DNA of 64,000 bases from Chitinophagales bacterium (GTDB lineage Bacteria; Bacteroidota; Bacteroidia; Chitinophagales; BACL12): assembly GCA_041392955.1 (NCBI GenBank), contig JAWKLB010000004.1, forward strand, positions 45,297 through 109,296. The letters run 5' to 3'. Below, piece after piece: positions 19,803 to 28,923 of this stretch. The notes below the pieces were generated by a model, which saw nothing but the letters and a program-made list of their open reading frames with translations, was not told the DNA's origin and searched no databases. Both the position numbers and the translations under genes were made by a program. Numbering within the stretch: the first letter of the stretch is position 1; the number at the start of each line of letters is the position of its first letter.

Positions 19803-21020
19803 ATGTCATCCTTACGCGATAATATCTGGTGGGGACCTCCACGGAAATTCCTGGACAGGGTCATGGAGCGCAGGATCAGCTGGCTCGAACTTTTTTATGA
19901 TCTTGTCTATGTTGGAGTGATCTCACAACTCACGACACGTTTTGCAGAGCATTGCACGGCGCATGGGCTAATGGAATTTCTGTTTTATTTCTGTTTTATT
20001 TTCTGGTCGTGGATGAACGGCAGCTATTATCATGATCTGCATGGCAGCGCGGGCATACGCACGAGGTACTATACCTTATTGCAGATGCTGGGTGTCGCCG
20101 CTGTAGGCATTGCACTTCCTTATGTTTGGGAAGGCGAATTTGTTGCATTCAGCATAACCTTCGGACTGGTGCAAATTCTTATTACCTGGTTGTGGTTCAG
20201 TGTTGGCTATTACGATCCTGAACACCGGCCTTTCAACCGAATTTATACTTTGTTCTATGGTGTTTCGATCTGCATGTTCCTGCTTTCGATTTGGGCTTCG
20301 AAAGAGCTTGTTCCCTGGTTATGGGGAATTGCTTTGTTTATGAATTATGCCGTTTTCATAGCTGCATGGCCGAACACGACGCGCAGAATGCGGGCACTCG
20401 GACAAAACTTTATGATCAGCAACGCCATTGTGGAACGGCTGGGGCTTTTTACCATCATTGTTTTAGGGGAAAGCATATTAGGGATCATGCATGGTGCCGG
20501 ACAGCTCGATATCCGGTCGGCCAATACCTGGATAGAGTTTGCACTATGCACCACGATCACTTTCTTAATGTGGTGGATATATTTCGATATACTTGGAGAG
20601 ATGGAGATCAGGCAACACTATTCGAGCCTCCTTTTCCTTATTATTTATTTCATTCCCCTGCTGGCAGCTTTTGCATGCAGTGGTATTTCATTTAATATGA
20701 TGTTGCATGCCGGTGACGATGTGCATGACCTTTTTCCCCGCTTATTATTTGGCGGATGTATGATCACCATTTTATTATCGGTTTACGGTTTGCATTATAT
20801 CAGTGTGGAAGATCCCGAAGATGAAGAAATGGTGAAGAAACTGATCAATATTCTACTTGTTTCAGCGGTGGCGGTAATTGTTTTTTTACTCTTTGGACTG
20901 CATCTCCCGCTCCTGTATTTTCTTTTGGGATTTTTTGCCATCTTTTTTATTGCTGTATATATCGGTACGAAGAAATGGTTCCGTCATATGATGCGGAAAC
21001 AAGCCGCGGAGAAAAGCTGA
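19803..21020 (+). CDS. Low temperature requirement protein A (LtrA) family membrane protein
   Basis: N-terminal RISWLELFYDLVYVGVIS motif and about 10 predicted helices. Size is 405 aa. Confidence 0.7.
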   Translation: MSSLRDNIWWGPPRKFLDRVMERRISWLELFYDLVYVGVISQLTTRFAEHCTAHGLMEFLFYFCFIFWSWMNGSYYHDLHGSAGIRTRYYTLLQMLGVAAVGIALPYVWEGEFVAFSITFGLVQILITWLWFSVGYYDPEHRPFNRIYTLFYGVSICMFLLSIWASKELVPWLWGIALFMNYAVFIAAWPNTTRRMRALGQNFMISNAIVERLGLFTIIVLGESILGIMHGAGQLDIRSANTWIEFALCTTITFLMWWIYFDILGEMEIRQHYSSLLFLIIYFIPLLAAFACSGISFNMMLHAGDDVHDLFPRLLFGGCMITILLSVYGLHYISVEDPEDEEMVKKLINILLVSAVAVIVFLLFGLHLPLLYFLLGFFAIFFIAVYIGTKKWFRHMMRKQAAEKS

Positions 21021-21938
21021 TCACCAGATATAGATCTGCACACTGCCATATTCCGGTTTTTTCCCCGGCACATCCCAAAAGCCGTTATATAAGATCTTAA
21101 CGGGCACCTGAACACCCTCTACCATGCCCAGGTCAACATCCATGAATACATTAAAATCGTACAGCATGTTGTAACAACTCAGGTGGTATTGCCTGGAAAC
21201 AATATGCATATCTTTTTTATCGAACCAGGTGGTGAGTTCATCTATTACTACATCTTTCCCTTCTTGTACATCCGGCTTTTTCGTTATGCGGAACACATAA
21301 CATTCCACACCGGTCTTCCATTTTTTTAAATCCAGGGAGTAATTATAATATGCAGCCATCTCCGGACTGAATATTTCCAGCTTATCCTTCATGAACGGAA
21401 TACCTTCCACGGGAGTTCCCGGACTGAACAGCAACACTTTTAATTGATCCTTTCGTTTCTCCAGCGCACTTACTTCTTTGCTTTGTTTCACAGTGCCCGA
21501 AGTAAGGGCTATCGTGTCGCGTTGAAAAAAAATATAACTGAATAGTTTGGCTGTGTAATAATTCAACTCGCCATGTTTATCGAAGAAATCACCTGTATGC
21601 ACTTCAAATAAAAATTCCATGCTTCTGGCGCGGTTGTCAATATGCTGAATGGCACGGTTGCTGTACATGGCCTGCGCTAAATGATCTTTATCGAACATGC
21701 GCAAGATGGCAGAACTGTGGTAGGGTATACTGCGCAGATCATGAAACGCAGTATAAAAAGTGGTGTCGGCAGAAACGAAACGAATAAAATCATCGAGACT
21801 AAACCCCGATCGCACATCGTGCACCACACAAGAGTCGAGCGTAATGATACCCGAAATGGTATTCGGTTGCTGCGCAGAAAGTGTTCCGCCGCCCATGAAC
21901 AGAAAAAGCAGTGCCGATTGTATAGTTTTACGGAACAT
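21021..21938 (-). CDS. Hypothetical secreted protein
   Basis: 305-aa ORF with signal peptide (ALLFLFMGGGTLSAQQ). No family recognised. Confidence 0.5.
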   Translation of the reverse strand: MFRKTIQSALLFLFMGGGTLSAQQPNTISGIITLDSCVVHDVRSGFSLDDFIRFVSADTTFYTAFHDLRSIPYHSSAILRMFDKDHLAQAMYSNRAIQHIDNRARSMEFLFEVHTGDFFDKHGELNYYTAKLFSYIFFQRDTIALTSGTVKQSKEVSALEKRKDQLKVLLFSPGTPVEGIPFMKDKLEIFSPEMAAYYNYSLDLKKWKTGVECYVFRITKKPDVQEGKDVVIDELTTWFDKKDMHIVSRQYHLSCYNMLYDFNVFMDVDLGMVEGVQVPVKILYNGFWDVPGKKPEYGSVQIYIW

Positions 21939-21961
21939 TGACGCACAAAATTACGACAAGA

Positions 21962-24364
21962 ATGACTGGCAAATTACGTTCCATTATGCTCGGCAGCATG
22001 CTGACTTTTTGTATGCATTCCGGTTATGCGGCTACAGCAACGATCAGCGACAGTATTGATATTCAGCATATTGAAATACACCTGCAGGTTACAGACTTTG
22101 TCGGTCATACCATATCGGGAGCAGCCACTCTGCATTTGGAAATGCGGGTAGATGGCATATCGGAAATACCCCTTGATCTGAAAGGCCTTACAGTTGATTC
22201 TGTGCAGGACGATCTAGGGAATGCCTATTCTTATATGTATACGGATCCACTTCTGACCATTTCCACTGCAGCACCGGCCGATAGTGGTGATGTATTGGAA
22301 GTAACCGTTTATTATCACGGTGTCCCGGATGCGGACCCGAGTTGGGGCGGTTGGTATTGGAGTGGTGTTTACTCGTATCAATTAGGCGTTGGCTTTGATG
22401 CCATTCCACATAATTTCGGAAGGATATGGTTCCCCTGTTTCGATAATTTTATTGAACGCAGTTCATTTACCTATCATATCACTACGAATGCAGATAAACG
22501 CGCAGTATGCGGTGGTGTGGAAGAAACTCCAACAGATAATGGCGATGGCACCATCACCTGGCATTGGCATTGCGCAGAAGAGATACCGAGTTATCTCGCA
22601 AGTGTTGCTGTTGCACCATATACTATGGTGGAATGGACACATCACGGAATAGAAAGTGATTATCCCGTTCGCATAGCGGTTTTACCTGCCGATAGTGCAG
22701 ATCTAGTTGCATCTTTTGTACATCTGGACACTGCGCTGTATATTTTCGAAACCCATTATTTGCCCTATGCCTGGGATCGGGTAGGCTATTCCGTTGTTCC
22801 CTTTAGTGGTGGTGCCATGGAACATGCCATGAATATCGCATATCCACTGTTTGCTGTGAATGGTGCAACCAATTGGGAAAATCTTTTCGTGCATGAATTG
22901 TCGCATCATTGGTGGGGCGACCTCGTTACTTGTTCCACTCCACAGGAGATGTGGATGAATGAGGGCTGGGCCAGTTATTCCGAGCATCTGTTCACCGAAT
23001 TTTTATATGGCAGGGATGCGTATGAAGAAGCCATAAAAGCGAATCATACCGATGTACTCCATTATGCCGCCGCGCGCGACGGCAATAATTATTTCGCTAT
23101 CTCCGGTGTTCCGGAAAGTTATACTTATGGAACAACTACGTATAACAAAGGGGCAGATGTCATTTATACATTGCGCGGATATATGGGAGATGATGCATTC
23201 TTTTCCTGTATACAATCTTTTTTGGATACACACAGGTTTCAACCCGTTTCTGCTGCCGACCTGCGCGATCATTTAAGTGCATGCAGCGGTATGGATATGA
23301 CCAGCTTTTTTGACGACTGGGTATATCAACCCGGATGGCCTGCATTTGAAATAAATAAAATTGGTCTTAATGATGCATCAGCAGGCAACATCTGTGTTCA
23401 GCAAAAACTGGATCACGCGGATCATTTTTGCACAAATGTCCCACTTACAATTACTTTCCTGGATGGAAATTTCTATCCACTGGATAGTTTTGTTATGGTC
23501 ATGGATGGTGACCACGGCACCGTTTCTCCTATCGAAGCTGATTATCCGATGTTTGCAGTGGTTGATCTTCAGGAAAAATTAAATCAGGCCACCTCTTCCG
23601 ATCTTATCAGATTTGATGTTGCTGATCATTATGTATTAGAGAATGGCTTTCTCGATGCTAATATCACTGCATTAACGGATTCAGCATTTATATATGCAAG
23701 GCAGTATTGGGTTGCGGCAGATAATTTCAAAACTGCTCATCCGGGATTGCATGTAAGCCCCGACAGGTATTGGCAGATATGTACAAACCTCAATGGATCA
23801 ACAGAAGGCACCTTTAAATTTTTATACAACAGCCAATCCACTTTAAGTGGCGGATATTTGGATATTGACTTGATCACAAATACGGAGGACAGTTTGGTGT
23901 TATTATACAGAGGGTCATTTGATGCCGATTGGATCATTTACCCTTACTATACTTTAAATACCTGGGGGACTACTTCTGATGGCAGGGGCGCATTTGAATT
24001 ATCTAAACTCTGGTCGGGTGAATACACATTTGCTATGTACGATCATAGTATTCCGGATGCGCCATTAGACAATTGGGAAACAGAATGCCCCGATTATGCG
24101 TCCATACAAAATACTACATACGCAGCCGTGCACATATTTCCCAACCCAACACAAGATATACTCACAATACAAATTGAACAACAGAATATACCTGCACATT
24201 ATTTCATGATCGACAGCCTGGGTAAACGAGTGAGAGAAGGAAAATTAACGGAAACAGAAACACACATCAACGTGAAAAAGCTGCCTGCCGGAACTTATCA
24301 ACTCTATGTTGAAAACGCCCATTCTGCGCCGTTTGCGTCGCAAAAGGTATTGATTATTCACTAA
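21962..24364 (+). CDS. M1 family zinc aminopeptidase with T9SS C-terminal sorting domain
   Basis: GAMEHA plus HELSHHWWGDLV...NEGWASY form the gluzincin HEXXH-E site. The C-terminus VHIFPNPTQDILTIQ...YQLYVEN...QKVLIIH is T9SS-like. The ATG at 21962 is preferred over the TTG at 21938. Confidence 0.85.
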   Translation: MTGKLRSIMLGSMLTFCMHSGYAATATISDSIDIQHIEIHLQVTDFVGHTISGAATLHLEMRVDGISEIPLDLKGLTVDSVQDDLGNAYSYMYTDPLLTISTAAPADSGDVLEVTVYYHGVPDADPSWGGWYWSGVYSYQLGVGFDAIPHNFGRIWFPCFDNFIERSSFTYHITTNADKRAVCGGVEETPTDNGDGTITWHWHCAEEIPSYLASVAVAPYTMVEWTHHGIESDYPVRIAVLPADSADLVASFVHLDTALYIFETHYLPYAWDRVGYSVVPFSGGAMEHAMNIAYPLFAVNGATNWENLFVHELSHHWWGDLVTCSTPQEMWMNEGWASYSEHLFTEFLYGRDAYEEAIKANHTDVLHYAAARDGNNYFAISGVPESYTYGTTTYNKGADVIYTLRGYMGDDAFFSCIQSFLDTHRFQPVSAADLRDHLSACSGMDMTSFFDDWVYQPGWPAFEINKIGLNDASAGNICVQQKLDHADHFCTNVPLTITFLDGNFYPLDSFVMVMDGDHGTVSPIEADYPMFAVVDLQEKLNQATSSDLIRFDVADHYVLENGFLDANITALTDSAFIYARQYWVAADNFKTAHPGLHVSPDRYWQICTNLNGSTEGTFKFLYNSQSTLSGGYLDIDLITNTEDSLVLLYRGSFDADWIIYPYYTLNTWGTTSDGRGAFELSKLWSGEYTFAMYDHSIPDAPLDNWETECPDYASIQNTTYAAVHIFPNPTQDILTIQIEQQNIPAHYFMIDSLGKRVREGKLTETETHINVKKLPAGTYQLYVENAHSAPFASQKVLIIH

Positions 24365-24369
24365 GTTTG
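24362..24369 (+). promoter_or_regulatory. Candidate -7 promoter box upstream of the hbd remnant
   Basis: TAagTTTG (TAnnTTTG) lies 18 nt upstream of the ATG at 24388. Confidence 0.35.
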
Positions 24370-24387
24370 CGCAAATTCTTTTTTGCT

Positions 24388-25275
24388 ATGCATCATGTTA
24401 CAGTGATCGGTGCCGGAACCATGGGCAACGGTATTGCACACGTTTTTGCCATGGGCGGATTTACCGTTTCCATGGTAGATGTTCAACAATCGGCTTTGGA
24501 TAAAGGATTGCAGAACATCACAAAAAATCTGGACCGCATGCTCGCCAAGGGCACTATTGACGAAGCGGGAAAAGCAAGCACCCTTGCACATATCACAACA
24601 CATACTTCACTCGAAACAGTTGCAGCAACTGCCGACCTGGTGATAGAAGCAGCGACAGAGCGTTTGGATCTGAAGTTGAAAATATTCACTGAGTTGGATC
24701 AGATGTAAAAAGAAGCTATCCTCGCTACCAATACTTCCTTCTCTATCAGTATCACATATTGCAAGTGCAAACTAAAAAAGAGCTGACCGTGTGATCGGAA
24801 TGCACTTTATGAATCCGGGGTACCTGTGATGAAACTGGTTGAAGTGATCCGCGGATATGCAACTTCTGACGCGACGACAGAGACCATCATGAAACTCAGC
24901 GCCGATCTGGGTAAAGTTCCTGTTGAAGTGAATGATTATCCCGGTTTCATTGCCAACCGCATTTTAATGCCGATGATCAATGAAGCCATTTACAGTTTAT
25001 ATGAAGGTGTTGCCGGCGTAACGGAAATAGATACCGTGATGAAACTCGGCATGGCACATCCGATGGGGCCGCTGCAATTGGCCGACTTCATCGGATTGGA
25101 TGTTTGCCTCAGCATCCTGCGTGTATTGCAAGATGGTTTCGGCGATCCGAAATATGCGCCTTGTCCCCTGCTGGTCAACATGAACCGCCGGACATCTCGG
25201 TGTGAAAGCGGTTCCGGATTTTATACCTATACACCCGGTAGCAAAGAATTGGTTGTTGCCGAACGTTTTGCCTGA
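24388..25275 (+). pseudogene. hbd: 3-hydroxybutyryl-CoA dehydrogenase, disrupted by stops and frameshifts
   Basis: The N-terminal ORF has VTVIGAGTMGNGIAHVFA and the C-terminal ORF has PVMKLVEVIRGYATSD...ANRILMPMINEA. Between them lie an in-frame TAA (24706-24708) and the segment IASA..KRADRVIGMHFMNP, readable only in the +1 frame (24758-24817). That frame contains another TAA (24773-24775), and the reading frame returns at the G4 run 24817-24820. Confidence 0.85.
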
Positions 25276-25302
25276 TCTTTTTTAACTGCTCAATTACACA
25301 TT

Positions 25303-26212
25303 ATGACTCCGGCCTTTGCCAAAGCATACCCGCACAGAATTACATTTTCTATCGATGATTGCGATAATCGCGCTGAACTGAGAAAAGTATTCATGTGCAC
25401 CCCTGATCATTATACCGCGCGAAGAATGTGCACATGCAAGGAATAAAGGAAATATCAATAAGGAAAAGCACAGATACAATGGGATAATCTCCGCAATGTA
25501 TACCTCAGTCTGAAAAATCAGGAAGATCATAGATGAAGTTTCTGTGATCGATGGCGGAGAGTCTGGAAGATATGGTGTTCTGTGCCAATCAGAGTTTTCC
25601 CTGGGTGATGTGGAATGGCGCAAGTTATGGCAGTGACATCGCGCATGCTGCACGAGAACCGCCAGAACGAAATACCCTATATCGAAGATTTTTTTATAAA
25701 GACTCGGATACCGCACTATAGAATTGCAGCAACATCACTTTGAAGGCATGGGCGATCTTATCCCATCCCGGAAAGCGCATGGTGTGGGGTGGCTACGGTT
25801 TCCGCAGTGAAAAAAGCGTATATGATGAGATAGCGCGCATCATTGATGCTCCTGTTCTCCTTTGGAACTCATCATCTAAAAATACTATCACCTGACACTT
25901 GTTTTCTGCCCCTGAATCATACAGAGGTGATGTGATAGCTCCCGACGCCTTCAGTCCCGAATCTTTAACACTTATCCGACGATATCGAAGGTATATGAAA
26001 TACCGGAACATGAGGCAGGTGATGGATTTGCCTGCAATGCGCATATGATCTATGGCCCGAATAAACAACAATCGGCAGCCATCATCCAAAAAAACAATCC
26101 TGTTTCACTCAACATACTGCAACACAGTGCATCTACCGTACTGGAAGCAGATACTTCTGAATTCATGAAGAGCGGCGGATCTGTTTTCTGTTTGAAGATG
26201 ATGTATTACTGA
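25303..26212 (+). pseudogene. Amidinotransferase/DDAH-superfamily (guanidino-group modifying enzyme) gene, heavily frameshifted
   Basis: Plus-strand fragments lie in three frames: KVFMCTPDHY, NVHMQG/NKGNINKEK/AQIQWDNLRNVYLSLKN, SLEDMVFCANQSFPW, HENRQNEIPYIEDFF, HFEGMGDLIP, WGGYGFRSEKSVYDEIARIIDAPV, YHLDTCFLPL. A long terminal stretch reads GFACNAHMIYGPNKQQSAAIIQKNNPVSLNILQHSASTVLEADTSEFMKSGGSVFCLKMMYY*. The minus-strand ORFs in the track here are shadows. Confidence 0.7.
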
Positions 26213-26231
26213 TGCATCGTATTTTTGCGGC

Positions 26232-26861
26232 ATGATGCAAAACACCATGCCGCATCGGTATTTTATCACAGGAATAGGTACGGGGGTCGGGAAGACCATT
26301 GTTTCCGCCATTTTTACGCAAGCCTTGCATGCTGATTACTGGAAACCGGTGCAAAGCGGCGATCTGGAGCATACAGATAGCGACAGCATCCGCACATGGA
26401 TCGACAATCCGGTAAGCGCCATTCATCCCGAAACCTATCGCTTGACAAAACCTATGTCGCCGCATGCAAGTGCAGAAGCAGATGGGATACAGATAGATCC
26501 GGCGCGCATTGTTTTGCCGGAAACGAAAAATCACCTGATCGTGGAAGGTGCCGGCGGATTGATGGTCCCACTCAACAGAAACTTTTTATTTATCGATCTG
26601 ATAGAACAATTACAAATTCCCGTTGTTCTGGTTTCCGATAATTATCTGGGCAGCATCAACCACACCATACTCAGTGCAGAAGCATTGCAAAGAAGAAATA
26701 TTCCTATTGCCGGCATCGTGTTCAATCATTGCGGTGTGGAAACTACAGAATCCTTTATCAGGGAATACACGCACATACCGGTTTTATTGCGCATCGAAGC
26801 AGAAACAGAGTGGAATACCGAAGTCATTAAAAAATATGCACCTCAATTAGTCATTTCCTGA
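26232..26861 (+). CDS. bioD: Dethiobiotin synthase
   Basis: YFITGIGTGVGKTIVSAIF (P-loop), YWKPVQSG and EGAGGLMVPL are BioD motifs. Confidence 0.9.
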   Translation: MMQNTMPHRYFITGIGTGVGKTIVSAIFTQALHADYWKPVQSGDLEHTDSDSIRTWIDNPVSAIHPETYRLTKPMSPHASAEADGIQIDPARIVLPETKNHLIVEGAGGLMVPLNRNFLFIDLIEQLQIPVVLVSDNYLGSINHTILSAEALQRRNIPIAGIVFNHCGVETTESFIREYTHIPVLLRIEAETEWNTEVIKKYAPQLVIS

Positions 26862-26868
26862 ATATATT

Positions 26869-28149
26869 ATGCAACATCCGAATATCTGGCCACCCTTCAC
26901 ACAAGTAAAAAATGCACCTGATCCTATCTTTATAACACATGGAAAAGGAGCCTTATTATTTGACAAAGCGGGCAGATCCTATGTCGATGCCATCTCCTCC
27001 TGGTGGACGAACATACACGGGCATGCGCATCCTTATATTGCAGAAAAAATATACGAGCAGGCAAACACATTGGAACATGTGATCTTCGCCGGCTTCAGCC
27101 ATGCACAAGCCGAACGCCTTGCAGAGCGACTCGTACGCGATCATTTACCGCACAACATACAAAAGATATTCTTTTCGGATAATGGCAGTACTGCAGTAGA
27201 AGTAGGTATAAAAATGGCCATTCAATACTGGCAGAATATCGGTCAAAAACGACATAAGATCATAGCCTTTGAACATGCCTATCACGGAGATACATTCGGC
27301 AGTATGAGCGTGAGTGAGCGCGGGCCCTTCACAGGTGCATTTCATGATATGCTGTTCGATGTACAATTCGTGCAAGCTCCCTTCCCGGGAAAAGAAAAAG
27401 AGGCAATAGCAGCTTTTGCAGCTTGCGCAGATGGCGATACAGCGGCATTTCTTTTTGAACCTTGCATTTTAGGTGCAGGTGGCATGTTGATGTATGCAGC
27501 AGAGGCCCTCGACGAAATGATCCGCATAGCGCGGGATAAAAAAATACTATGTATTGCAGATGAGGTCATGACCGGTTTTTATCGCAGCGGACATTTTTTT
27601 GCAACAGATGCATGCACCCATAAACCCGACATTTATTGTCTGAGTAAAGGGCTTACCGGCGGCACCATGGCCATGGGTATCACGGCTTGTGCATCCTATA
27701 TCTATGATGCTTTTTACAGCGACGACAAATTCAAGGCACTATTCCACGGTCATTCCTTTACTGCAAATCCACTTGCCTGCGCTGCCGCAAATGCCAGTCT
27801 GGATATTTTAGAACAAGCAGAAACAAAACAAAATATCCGGCGCATTGCAGAAAGACATACAGCATTTGCACATCTACTTAAAGAGCAATCCCTGTACGAA
27901 AATGTGCGGCAATGCGGAACGGTACTCGCGTTTGATGTGGTGACCGGCAGCGGCACAGATTATTTCAATACGATCCGCAATACTTTGTATGCCTTTTTTA
28001 TGGAGAGAGGTATTTTATTGCGACCACTGGGCAATACGCTGTATATCATGCCGCCTTACTGTATACGTGATGAGGAATTGGACGCGGTCTATGCATCCAT
28101 CCTTGCATTACCGGCTTATTTAGCAGAAAGATCACTTAATCCCAGCTGA
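26869..28149 (+). CDS. bioA: Adenosylmethionine-8-amino-7-oxononanoate aminotransferase
   Basis: 426 aa, class-III aminotransferase. Evidence is WPPFTQ..., SSWWTNIHGH, ADEVMTGFYRSG, the lysine region CLSKGLTGG, and adjacency to bioD. Confidence 0.92.
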   Translation: MQHPNIWPPFTQVKNAPDPIFITHGKGALLFDKAGRSYVDAISSWWTNIHGHAHPYIAEKIYEQANTLEHVIFAGFSHAQAERLAERLVRDHLPHNIQKIFFSDNGSTAVEVGIKMAIQYWQNIGQKRHKIIAFEHAYHGDTFGSMSVSERGPFTGAFHDMLFDVQFVQAPFPGKEKEAIAAFAACADGDTAAFLFEPCILGAGGMLMYAAEALDEMIRIARDKKILCIADEVMTGFYRSGHFFATDACTHKPDIYCLSKGLTGGTMAMGITACASYIYDAFYSDDKFKALFHGHSFTANPLACAAANASLDILEQAETKQNIRRIAERHTAFAHLLKEQSLYENVRQCGTVLAFDVVTGSGTDYFNTIRNTLYAFFMERGILLRPLGNTLYIMPPYCIRDEELDAVYASILALPAYLAERSLNPS

Positions 28150-28918
28150 TCTTTTTCTTCTCGAGAAAAGAGGCGATACCTTTTTTACAATCTTCGGTTT
28201 CCCGCATGGTCGCGTTGAAACGCGCAGCGATCTTTAGCTCTTCATCCAGATGTGCATCGCGCAGTGTATGTAGCAATTCTTTGGTAACTGACATGGACTT
28301 TCTGCTCACCCCTTCAACGATCTGTTGACATAAAACATCTACTTCCGCTTGCAGTTTATCGGCATCCACAACCCGCGTTATAAGTCCTATCCGCGCAGCT
28401 TCATCTGCGGGGATCAATTTCCCGGTCAGCACCAGATCGCGCACATGTGTGTCACTCAATTTGCGCAATAAGAAAACAGTCACCAAGGCAGGCACAAATC
28501 CGATGTTCACTTCTGTATAACCGAATTTGGCTTCAGGAACCGCATAACAGATGTCGCATACCGATGCCAGTCCGCAGCCACCGGCAATGGCATGTCCCTG
28601 CACTTGTGCGATAACAGGTTTCGGGAAAGTAAAAATGGTTTTATACAATGTTGCCAGCCGCTCTGAGTCGGCAAGGTTCTCTTCGAAGGAATTGTTTTGT
28701 AATTCCTGCAAATAAGCAAGATCGGCACCTGCACTGAACACATCGCCATGTGCCTTCAGCACAACAACTTTAATATCGGCATTCTCCAAGGCCGCATCAA
28801 AGGCATGCTGCATGGCAGAGATCAATTCCGCATTGAATGCATTCCGTTTTTCCGGCCGGTTCAAAATGATGTGCCCTACCTTATTGTCAACATGTATTTC
28901 CAGATACTGTTCGCTCAT
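28136..28918 (-). CDS. Enoyl-CoA hydratase/isomerase family protein
   Basis: Crotonase fold motifs: VVLKAHGDVFSAGADL, PKPVIAQVQGHAIAGGCGLA. Size is 260 aa. Confidence 0.85.
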   Translation of the reverse strand: MSEQYLEIHVDNKVGHIILNRPEKRNAFNAELISAMQHAFDAALENADIKVVVLKAHGDVFSAGADLAYLQELQNNSFEENLADSERLATLYKTIFTFPKPVIAQVQGHAIAGGCGLASVCDICYAVPEAKFGYTEVNIGFVPALVTVFLLRKLSDTHVRDLVLTGKLIPADEAARIGLITRVVDADKLQAEVDVLCQQIVEGVSRKSMSVTKELLHTLRDAHLDEELKIAARFNATMRETEDCKKGIASFLEKKKISWD

Positions 28919-28923
28919 GCTTC

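Noticed and set aside
25294-26534. Minus-strand ORFs 25294..25716, 25793..26089, 26105..26311 and 26163..26534
   Set aside because: They overlap the plus-strand amidinotransferase-family remnant and the start of bioD, and have no recognisable motifs. They are open only because the plus-strand gene has decayed or by chance.
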